Of a DNA stretch of 64,000 bases, positions 48,509 to 56,236 are shown piece after piece. Location: IMG/VR virus record IMGVR_UViG_3300050014_000899; one strand, given 5' to 3'. This DNA comes from a virus. How positions within the stretch are numbered: the first letter of the stretch is position 1; every line of letters starts with the position of its first letter. Below the pieces are notes generated by a model. It saw only the letters and a list, made by a program, of their open reading frames with translations, was not told the DNA's origin and searched no databases. Both the position numbers and the translations under genes were made by a program.

Positions 48509-48749
48509 AGAAGCTGCCTCGTTTAAGTGTTATCCATGCAGCAAAAGCACGTCAGCAACTTACGGAGCTGAAGGTCCGGTCATCATGGATCCCCGGGAAA
48601 CGAGCGAATATTGAAAAGAAGAGGGCTGATAAAGCGACTTCAATAGAAGCGTTGAAACAGCTGAAGAACCGGTTGGGGTTCTTGGGATAGTCTTAATGAA
48701 AGTTAAGTTCCCGGTGAGTACTCGTTCAAGAGGTTTTCTGAAATCAAAT

Positions 48750-48830
48750 GTTGCGTTATACAAGCGGTCAAAGTGGCCAGACCTTCAATCTGGTTCTTAC
48801 GATTCGCGGGTTCGAATCCCGCACGCAATA
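48750..48830 (+). tRNA. tRNA-Glu(TTC)-like with C33 and extended variable region
   Basis: gttgcgt/acgcaat, ccaga-ccTTCaa-tctgg. Confidence 0.65.
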
Positions 48831-49009
48831 CAAAGTAATAGTGTAAGAAACCCCAAAGCACAAAGGAGTCATGACTGGAGTGTAAGTAGGTACGAGTTCC
48901 AATTACGTTTTTGATTTGTGTACAGAATTAAACTCGGAGCTATTGGAAAATGTGAAAGCACAACAGGAGATCCCTGGCGGGTCCGGTAGAATTCCGGTTA
49001 CTTTACGAC

Positions 49010-49097
49010 GCTCAGATGGTGGAATTGGTAGACACGTTGGTTCGAGGGGCCAATGCTCGTAATGGGTTTGGGGGTTCGACTCCCCCTCTGGGTACCA
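49010..49097 (+). tRNA. tRNA-Leu(GAG) with C33, CCA encoded
   Basis: ttggt-tcGAGgg-gccaa, long variable arm. Confidence 0.85.
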
Positions 49098-49122
49098 ATA
49101 TATAGATAAAATAAGCATCTAT

Positions 49123-49491
49123 ATGAAAAAACAAATTAGGATTGATAGGGAGAAAGAAACTCCTGGCGTTCTTTTCCAAATTGAAACAGGGGAACTTGAA
49201 ATTAAAGGAAGATCATTTCCAGCAGAAGGGGATACATTTTATAAACCTATCATAGAAGCTGTAGACGATGTTACTTCCGATAGTATTACAGTAAAACTTG
49301 AATTTGAATATGCCAATACTTCTACTGTTCGAGAAATTGTTAAACTTCTTAAAAAAGTTAAAGCAGCGAACAAAAAATCAAAAGTCATCTTTGTTTATGA
49401 AGAAGGGGACAATGATATGCAAGAATTTGGTGAAGATCTAGAATCAGTTTCGGGATTACCATTTGTTTATGTGATTAATCCTGAAGACTAA
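49123..49491 (+). CDS. SiaC-family (DUF1987) regulatory phosphoprotein
   Basis: TP.V.F..G.LEI.GRSFP..FY.PI..EY.NTST..W/Y.E.D.DM.E.GED. Confidence 0.8.
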   Translation: MKKQIRIDREKETPGVLFQIETGELEIKGRSFPAEGDTFYKPIIEAVDDVTSDSITVKLEFEYANTSTVREIVKLLKKVKAANKKSKVIFVYEEGDNDMQEFGEDLESVSGLPFVYVINPED

Positions 49492-49586
49492 GATATACCT
49501 GGCGCATCTCTACGGGAATCGGCCGATTTCCAAAACGATGTATGGGTTGACCTTGATAACACTTCGGCCGAGGGGTTAAAGGGGAA

Positions 49587-49659
49587 TTTTCGGTAGTTTA
49601 GTGGCAGAACACCCGCTGCGAAAGCGGGGGACATGGGTTCGAATCCCATTCGGAGAGCA
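49587..49659 (+). tRNA. Degenerate tRNA (anticodon loop tgcgaaa, identity uncertain)
   Basis: D arm, cccgc/gcggg stem, atggg-ttcgaat-cccat; GU-rich acceptor. Confidence 0.45.
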
Positions 49660-49663
49660 ATAT

Positions 49664-49737
49664 GCTCGGTTCTTCTAGTGGTAGGAAGGGTGCTTCTCAG
49701 GCATCAGACAAGGATTCGATTTCCTTACCGAGTACCA
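49664..49737 (+). tRNA. tRNA-Glu(CTC), CCA encoded
   Basis: gctcggt/accgagt, loop ttCTCag. Confidence 0.85.
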
Positions 49738-49780
49738 CCTTTTTCGCCTCGTTTTGACGGATATATAAATAAAATATATC

Positions 49781-50419
49781 ATGCCAAGACGAGAGAAAAA
49801 TAAATTTAATTTTATTTATAAAACTACTAGCTTAATTAATGGTAGATTTTATATAGGTATGCATTCAACAAATACTTTGGAAGATGGATATTTGGGATCT
49901 GGAAAACTTTTAAGATATTCTGTAAAAAAATATGGATCAGAAAATCATAAAATTGAAAGATTAGAGTTCTTTGAAGATCGAATAAAATTAGCAGAAAGAG
50001 AATCTGAAATTGTAAATGAGAGTCTTTTGAAAGATCCTTTATGCATGAATTTAGGATTAGGGGGTCAAGGAGGAATTCTTAATGAAGAACATTCTAAAAA
50101 TCTTAGACATGGTGCTTCCATTTTTTTAAAAAATCAATGGAAAGAAAATTATAAAAAGATGTGTCAGCAAAATTCAGAAAAAGTTAAAATAGCTCATAAA
50201 AATGGATCTTTGCGATACGATAATATGCTGGGAAAACATCATTCAGAAGAATCTAAAAAGAATATTGGTAAGAGCAATTCGGTATCTCAAAAAGGAGAAA
50301 AAAATTCTCAATTTGGTACATGCTGGATTATTCGATCAAATGAAAACAAAAAAATTAATTTATCAGAATTAGAATCCTATTTATCTCAAGGTTGGATAAA
50401 AGGAAGAAAATTAAAATGA
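49781..50419 (+). CDS. GIY-YIG homing endonuclease (Seg-like)
   Basis: FIYKTT..FYIGMHST..YLGSG; NSQFGTCWI..GWIKGR. Confidence 0.88.
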   Translation: MPRREKNKFNFIYKTTSLINGRFYIGMHSTNTLEDGYLGSGKLLRYSVKKYGSENHKIERLEFFEDRIKLAERESEIVNESLLKDPLCMNLGLGGQGGILNEEHSKNLRHGASIFLKNQWKENYKKMCQQNSEKVKIAHKNGSLRYDNMLGKHHSEESKKNIGKSNSVSQKGEKNSQFGTCWIIRSNENKKINLSELESYLSQGWIKGRKLK

Positions 50420-50423
50420 TAAT

Positions 50424-50498
50424 GGCCCGTTCGTCTAGATGGCTCAGGACATCGCCCTTTCACGGCGGAGATCATGGATTCGAATTCCATACGGGCTA
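50424..50498 (+). tRNA. tRNA-Glu(TTC)
   Basis: ggcccgt/acgggct, loop ctTTCac. Confidence 0.92.
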
Positions 50499-50652
50499 CA
50501 CATCATAGCCCTATCAAGAAGCTGTTGATAGACCACTTTGCCATCATTCCATCAAAGACAGGAGTGTCCCAAATTGGGGTTAAAGGAAATAAGACAAGGT
50601 TATGATTATTTTTGCAATACTCTAACGCGTTTGCGAGATATATAAAGTAAAA

Positions 50653-51285
50653 ATGTATATTTGTAAATGTGGAAGAGAATTTGAAACTCCAAATTCGTTA
50701 AATGCTCATTATTCTCATTGTTTAATTTATAGAGAGGGTAAAGATCCAATTAACAGATTTAAAGGAAAAGAAAATTGGAATAAAGGATTATCCAAAAAAT
50801 TAGACAAGAGGGTTTCCCAAAATGGCAAAAGTTTATCCGATAATTTTAAATCAGGTAAAACAATTCCCGGATTTTTAGGAAAACATCATGATAAGGAAAC
50901 AAAAGAGAATCTTAGTTTAAAACAATCCCTTCATCCTTCTGGGGGAATATGCAAATGGATTGAATATAAAAAGAAGGACGGAAGTGTTATACATCTTCAA
51001 GGAACTTGGGAAGTTAAATTTGCAGAATATTTGGATTCTAATAATGTTGAATGGGTAAAGCCTGGATGCGGCAAATTAATTTATTCTTTTTTCTGGATAG
51101 ATGATTTAGGAATAAGAAGAACATATACCCCGGATTTTTATGTTTTTGATTGGAAGAAATATTTTGAGATTAAGGGATATTGGAGAGAAAAGGATAAGAT
51201 CAAAATGAAAAAAGTTTTAGAACAAAATAAAATTAATCTTCAAATTATTGAAAAGAAGGGGATGAAAGAATTGAATTTAATTTAA
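50653..51285 (+). CDS. PD-(D/E)xK endonuclease with NUMOD3 (free-standing homing endonuclease)
   Basis: GTWE..FA..LD, YTPDFY..YFEIKGYW; FLGKHH. Confidence 0.8.
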   Translation: MYICKCGREFETPNSLNAHYSHCLIYREGKDPINRFKGKENWNKGLSKKLDKRVSQNGKSLSDNFKSGKTIPGFLGKHHDKETKENLSLKQSLHPSGGICKWIEYKKKDGSVIHLQGTWEVKFAEYLDSNNVEWVKPGCGKLIYSFFWIDDLGIRRTYTPDFYVFDWKKYFEIKGYWREKDKIKMKKVLEQNKINLQIIEKKGMKELNLI

Positions 51286-51288
51286 CAC

Positions 51289-51371
51289 GCCCTCATGATG
51301 GAAATGGGTAGACATACGGGACTCAAAATCCCGTGCTTTTTAGCGTGTGGGCTCGAATCCCACTGAGGGCA
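51289..51371 (+). tRNA. tRNA-Leu(CAA)
   Basis: gccctca/tgagggc, cggga-ctCAAaa-tcccg. Confidence 0.92.
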
Positions 51372-51520
51372 CAATTTTTTAACGATTTTTTAACAAAAAA
51401 CATTTTAGTATTTGGAAAACTTTCTGTATATTTGATCTATTAAAACAAACAAACGTTCTTTAAGAATTCATTTATAGGATAAGCGGATTAGTACGATTAT
51501 TAACCAAAAAATCCTAAAAA

Positions 51521-51736
51521 ATGAAAGCATTCTTATTTTTCGTAACTTCTGATGACACTTGGGAACTTTGCGAATCTATTTATACGGTAACTGCTGAATC
51601 GAAAGAAGAAGCGGAATCGATATTTAAGCTTCGAGAAGGAGGATATTTTTCATCGGAAAAAAGGATCACGAATATCCAGGAAATAGATTTATCTGTAAAA
51701 GGACAAGTCCAAATCCAGGAATATATGATCGAATAG
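51521..51736 (+). CDS. Hypothetical protein
   Basis: V.AESKEEA motif. Confidence 0.5.
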   Translation: MKAFLFFVTSDDTWELCESIYTVTAESKEEAESIFKLREGGYFSSEKRITNIQEIDLSVKGQVQIQEYMIE

Positions 51737-52033
51737 GTTCTTTGATTAAGCCGTTCGTATTGTAGAGTTGTTTAGGAGCCATGACGGTTACCAGGCTGAT
51801 AACATCTCTTCACTTTATTTTTATGCTGGTGGAAAACTAAGCAGGAGAGTCAACTGAGCTGCGGGATATTAACATACTAGGAAGTAAATCCAGGAGCTCT
51901 TTTAAAATCTAATCTGGGAGGGATGAATGCTTATACCTGATGCAACGACTGGCCGGTCACTGCGTTATAGGTCCAAAAATGGTTCAAGTCCATACGCCGG
52001 TGCTATTATCAAATGTTCTTTGAAAAAATTATA

Positions 52034-52333
52034 ATCCGTAGTAAGTTAAAGAGTTACTTCGACTAACGGCCCAAAGGTAGTACCGACACCGCGAGGTGCC
52101 CACGAATACTCAGAAGGGTATCGTTTCACAGATCTCTCGTAGATGCTGGAGACGGGTAACGATGGAACATATAGAAGTTTTTTGTATAAGTCAGGAGGAC
52201 TAATAATCCGTATACACTGTGAAAATGAAAAACAACAGGCCTGGGTTTAAAACTGATAGCAATATTAGTGTGCCTATAAAGTTCCAAGCGACCGGCCACC
52301 CAAGATAATCACTCTAAACAAGGATTCTCGGAT
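52034..52333 (+). ncRNA. Y-RNA-like scaffold copy 4 with about 245-nt structured cargo
   Basis: atccg-TAGTAAG-ttaaagag-TTACTTCG..cactctaaac-aaggATTCT-cggat. Confidence 0.65.
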
Positions 52334-52341
52334 AACATTAC

Positions 52342-52416
52342 AATTCGTGGTAAGACAAAGGGTTACTTCGCCATCTATGTATAGCCAAAACACACTCTAG
52401 TCAAATTTCCCGGATT
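52342..52416 (+). ncRNA. Y-RNA-like scaffold copy 5
   Basis: aattcg-TGGTAA-gacaaaggg-TTACTTCG..cactctagtc-aaaTTTCC-cggatt. Confidence 0.65.
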
Positions 52417-52432
52417 CAATTCTAAAAGAAAC

Positions 52433-52510
52433 CCATGGTGAGACAAAGAGTTACTTCGTACAATTCCTAAAAAACTGTAATAAAAGATCATCTCTAGTCA
52501 ATTTCCTGGT
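52433..52510 (+). ncRNA. Y-RNA-like scaffold copy 6
   Basis: cca-TGGTGA-gacaaagag-TTACTTCG..ctctagtc-aaTTTCC-tgg. Confidence 0.65.
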
Positions 52511-52533
52511 AATTCTTTTCTTTAAAAAATACG

Positions 52534-52630
52534 CGGTTTCCTGCCTGTTAGTACGCAAGCTTTGGCAGCTCTGATATAATATTAGCTATAAAAATCAGAT
52601 GAGGGGTGTGAATCCCCGGAACCGAGACCA
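52534..52630 (+). ncRNA. tRNA-like RNA ending ACCA
   Basis: cggtttc/ggaaccg, gggg-tgtgaat-cccc T arm. Confidence 0.45.
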
Positions 52631-52968
52631 TACGGCAGCCTCCGATGAGAGAGACATTCGGCCCCAGTTCAATATTGGCCATAAAAACTGGGAGATGGGT
52701 TAAAATCCCAGGGTCGCCAGACCACAAGGAAGATCACGCAGCTTCGTACTGCAAGCCGGAAGTTTACTTCCAGATCTTCCCTCTGAGCACGGTGCCTGTG
52801 TCAAGCACAGGATCTAGTTATAGACAAATAGCCGCTTTTTAGCCTTCTCGATAGTGTGCGTAACAAATCGGGTCCAGCGTGATAAGCTCTACGGACAGGC
52901 TTAAGGTTAGCTTCAATCTTCTAAGATTTGCAGTCATGAGCATAAAAACGGTTCGAAAGGTTTTTGGG

Positions 52969-53002
52969 AGAGGTTCTTAAATAAATTAGGACCTCTTTTT
53001 TT
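52969..53002 (+). terminator. Terminator closing the RNA island transcript
   Basis: agaggttct/aggacctct plus T tract. Confidence 0.75.
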
Positions 53003-53363
53003 GTGGTCCACAACAAAGAGCATTAAAAATGCTCTGTCGTTATAGGTGATTTCTAAACAAATTTATTTTATTGCTGAGGTAGATGCGATGCATATCGAAG
53101 GCCCTACTTTGGATGAGTATTTTGATGGTTTACAAAAACATTTATCAGAATGGCAAAGGAATATCGGGAACAATCCTCGGAAGTAAAGAAGGTCATTTAT
53201 GACTTAGCCTGCGAGTTTGGTTTTGAACATTATTCAACCCCAGAAGAGATCGATTATAAGTTCTGGGAAGACATTCCAGCCGAGTGGATTGCCATTGCAC
53301 TTGCTCAAAAACTCGTCGCTAAGTCCAGTTCTTAAGATTTTTTGGATTTATATATACTTAAAT

Positions 53364-53419
53364 TTAACAATATTTTAACAAAAGCATAAGATTTTCTACA
53401 GAACTTTATCGTATATTTG
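53364..53419 (+). promoter_or_regulatory. Promoter for Y-RNA-like copy 7 and the Ro60 region
   Basis: ttaac at 53364 and 53375, TATATTTG at 53412. Confidence 0.75.
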
Positions 53420-53454
53420 CTCTATAGAAATCAAACAAACATTTTAAAGATTTC

Positions 53455-53514
53455 GTTGTAGTAAGAGAAGGGTTACTTCGTTTCAGAAAAAACACTCTTT
53501 TCAAGTTTCTCAGC
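53455..53514 (+). ncRNA. Y-RNA-like scaffold copy 7 (minimal)
   Basis: gttg-TAGTAA-gagaaggg-TTACTTCG..cactcttttc-aagTTTCT-cagc. Confidence 0.7.
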
Positions 53515-53551
53515 TAAATTTGCATTTATTTTTTATACTATTTAAATATGC

Positions 53552-53587
53552 AAAAACCCGAGAGACTTATGTCGCCCGGGTTTTTTT
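53552..53587 (+). terminator. Terminator after Y-RNA-like copy 7
   Basis: aaaacccg..cgggtttt plus T tract. Confidence 0.7.
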
Positions 53588-53614
53588 ATGAATTTAATTT
53601 TAAAACTAAATAAG

Positions 53615-53839
53615 ATGGCTAAAGCAACTGAAAAAACAACAACTGATGAACTCGTTTACAGTCCAGTTGAAGACAATGGTAAGAATATTGCCAACAGTCC
53701 TATTTGGAAGAACGCATGGCACAGGGATGAAATAACTCCCGAAGCTCTTAATAAATTTCATAATTGGTGGGAATATGCCATTAGATTCGACGGGTTAAAG
53801 CCACAACAGCTTTTAAAAGTTAAAAAGGTTCTTTTATAA
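53615..53839 (+). CDS. Hypothetical protein
   Basis: ORF upstream of the Ro60 region. Confidence 0.5.
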   Translation: MAKATEKTTTDELVYSPVEDNGKNIANSPIWKNAWHRDEITPEALNKFHNWWEYAIRFDGLKPQQLLKVKKVLL

Positions 53840-53840
53840 T

Positions 53841-54458
53841 ATGTTTAATGTTTATCTAACAACAAATTTGATTACGGGGAACCAATACGTCGGTGACCAT
53901 GATATAAATGCAAAAGAAAAAACTTTTTACATTGGAAGTGGAATAGCTTTAGAGGATGCAATTAAAAAATATGGTCGACATAATTTTTTCAAAGAAATTT
54001 TAGAATGGTTTCCAACAAGAGAGAAAGCTTTTAATGCTCAGGAAAAATACATACGACTTTATAAAACACATGTTTCGCAAGGAGGATATAATATAAGTTG
54101 GAAAGGCGGATTAAATGTCCAAGGATGCATGTGTGATGAGATTCGAGACAAAATTAGCAAAAGTAATCAAATAGCTTGTTCCGGAGAAAAAAATGGAATG
54201 TTTGGTAAACATCATTCCGAAGAAACCAAATTGCAGCTTCAGGTTCCGAAATCAGAAGAGACAAAGAATAAAATAGGAACTGCAAATAAAGGTAAAAAAT
54301 CATGGGAAGGAAAACACCATACATCATTATCAATATTGAAAATGCAAGCTTCTCATCAAAATATGTCCGATAAGACAAAAGAAAAAATGAGTAAATCGCG
54401 TAAAGGAAAAGAACCCTGGAATAAGGGATTAAAAATAAATTCTTTAATTAAAAATTAA
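53841..54458 (+). CDS. GIY-YIG homing endonuclease with NUMOD3
   Basis: VYLTTNLITG.QYVG, YIGSG, GGYN, MFGKHHSEE, PWNKG. Confidence 0.88.
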   Translation: MFNVYLTTNLITGNQYVGDHDINAKEKTFYIGSGIALEDAIKKYGRHNFFKEILEWFPTREKAFNAQEKYIRLYKTHVSQGGYNISWKGGLNVQGCMCDEIRDKISKSNQIACSGEKNGMFGKHHSEETKLQLQVPKSEETKNKIGTANKGKKSWEGKHHTSLSILKMQASHQNMSDKTKEKMSKSRKGKEPWNKGLKINSLIKN

Positions 54459-54465
54459 TAGTAAG

Positions 54466-56169
54466 ATGTCAAAGTACAACACAAAAATTGAGCCGGTAGT
54501 TCAGAAGACTACTACTCTACAGGGAGGCCCAGGGCTTACTCAGAGACCTGAGGCAGAATTAATTTCTATTCTTGCAACCGGAATGGGAAATAACTTTTAC
54601 GAAAAGGAAACCGAACGTGAAAAGCGTTTTAAGGAAGTACTTGGTAAGGTAGCTAAGAAGAACCCGACATTTGCCGCAAAGGCTCTTATTTATGCTCGTA
54701 CCGTATTTGGTCAGAGATCAGTAACTCACTTCGGTGCAGTTGAACTTATCCCTTTCCTTCAGGGTAACGAACTTGGTAAGAGATTCTTCTCCAAGAGAGA
54801 TAAGAAGGCCGAACGTGGTGGAATCATATGGAGAATTGATGACATGGCTGAAATTCTTGCAGCTTATATCGCTAAGAATGGCATCAAGCAGGAAGATAAG
54901 TGGACTCTTCCGAATTCAATTAAGAAGGGATTCAAGGATGCTCTCGAGCATGCAGACACTTATGAACTTGCAAAGTATCAGTTAAAGAACCGTGGTGTAT
55001 CACTTGTTGACATCGTCAACCTTGTTCACCCAGTTGAAACTCCTAAGAACGGTTTCATCTATGTAACTGAGGAAGCATACAAGAAGGCAGTTGCAGGAAC
55101 TAAGTTTGCAAACAAGGAATTTAACAAGAATGAAAAGGGAGAAGTTCAGGTTCCGGCCGTTCGTGCTCTTATTCTTGGAATTCTTAAGCAGTTCAACACA
55201 GTTGAAGATAAGAACACCGAGTCAGGAAAGGTTGTTGCAGAAAAGGTTAAGTCAGGTGAAATCACCAAGGAACAGGCTGCAACTGAGCTTAACGAAGCTA
55301 AGACCGAAAACTACAAGGAACTTATCGAGGAAAAGAAGATTGGATACCTTGCATTACTCCGTAACGTAAGGAACATTCTTAAGACAAATGATATGGATTT
55401 ACTTGACAAGGCTTGCGATTTACTTGTCGAAAAGGAATTCATCAGAAAGTCACTTGTATGGCCACACCAGATTGACCTTGCCCTTGAAGTTATGACACTT
55501 GAATTCAACGGAACACAGTTGAGGAAGGTTGCAACAGCACTCGACAAGGCATATGAACTTTCAATTCCTAACTTGGAGCATTTACTTCCGGAAGGAAGAA
55601 CTGCTATCGTATTCGATACATCAGGTTCGATGGATGGTGCAAACCGTATTCCAATTGATGCTAAGGATCCGAAGAAGACTATCAACAAGAAGCCAGCTGA
55701 AAAGGCTGCTCTTATTGCCGCTACACTTGCAAAGGGTGTTGGCGGAGATGTATATCATTTCGCATCAGGTTCTGAACAGATCACCGGCTGGAACCCAATC
55801 GATTCGATTAATACTCTTAAGCAGAAGTTCATGTCCTACAACGGACGTCAGGGTCACGGAACCGACTTCGGTGCATGCTTCAAGTTATTCGAAAGAATGA
55901 ATAAGCAGTATGACAGGGTTCTTATTATCTCCGATGAGCAGGACGGATACGGAAACGTTGAGTCTAACTACAAGGGATACTGCCAGAAGTTCGGAACCCC
56001 ATACGTATACATAATCAACGTAGTTGGTTATGCCCCAACCGCTCCGATAAAGAACGGCGACAGGGTCTTCAGACTATACGGTTACACGGCCGATATATAT
56101 GAAAAGATACCGAGATTGGAAATGAATGTTAATGAGGTCATCGACGCCATTAACAGGATCGAAATCTAA
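54466..56169 (+). CDS. rsr: Ro60/Rsr-like TROVE plus vWA RNA-binding protein
   Basis: FYE..R, YAR..GQRS, YELAKY, L.DIVNLVHP, YLALLRNVRNI, S.VWP, DTSGSM, GTDF, IISDEQ. Confidence 0.92.
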   Translation: MSKYNTKIEPVVQKTTTLQGGPGLTQRPEAELISILATGMGNNFYEKETEREKRFKEVLGKVAKKNPTFAAKALIYARTVFGQRSVTHFGAVELIPFLQGNELGKRFFSKRDKKAERGGIIWRIDDMAEILAAYIAKNGIKQEDKWTLPNSIKKGFKDALEHADTYELAKYQLKNRGVSLVDIVNLVHPVETPKNGFIYVTEEAYKKAVAGTKFANKEFNKNEKGEVQVPAVRALILGILKQFNTVEDKNTESGKVVAEKVKSGEITKEQAATELNEAKTENYKELIEEKKIGYLALLRNVRNILKTNDMDLLDKACDLLVEKEFIRKSLVWPHQIDLALEVMTLEFNGTQLRKVATALDKAYELSIPNLEHLLPEGRTAIVFDTSGSMDGANRIPIDAKDPKKTINKKPAEKAALIAATLAKGVGGDVYHFASGSEQITGWNPIDSINTLKQKFMSYNGRQGHGTDFGACFKLFERMNKQYDRVLIISDEQDGYGNVESNYKGYCQKFGTPYVYIINVVGYAPTAPIKNGDRVFRLYGYTADIYEKIPRLEMNVNEVIDAINRIEI

Positions 56170-56181
56170 GACTGAATAATG

Positions 56182-56207
56182 AGTCCCGGAACGTTTCCGG
56201 GACTTTT
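56182..56207 (+). terminator. Terminator
   Basis: agtcccggaa/ttccgggact plus T tract. Confidence 0.75.
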
Positions 56208-56236
56208 ATTATAATTAAATTAAATAAATCAATTAA

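Noticed and set aside
48750-48830. Selenocysteine or opal suppressor tRNA (TCA)
   Set aside because: The ccaga/tctgg stem centres TTC in the 7-nt loop; the TCA register does not pair
48834-49005. Additional tRNAs (Met-like agtCATgact and neighbour)
   Set aside because: Only fragments of arms, with no coherent cloverleaf
52034-52510. Tandem repeats with variable interiors read as a CRISPR array
   Set aside because: The repeats are degenerate, bipartite and self-pairing around the insert, insert lengths run from about 15 to 245 nt, and there are no cas genes
44090-53000. Theta/HDV-like ribozymes after tRNAs, RNase P RNA, group I introns
   Set aside because: Diagnostic cores (HDV L3 TCCTCG-like with nested pseudoknot, GAGGAAAGTCC, P7 motifs) were not found by eye; an Infernal scan is needed to exclude them fully
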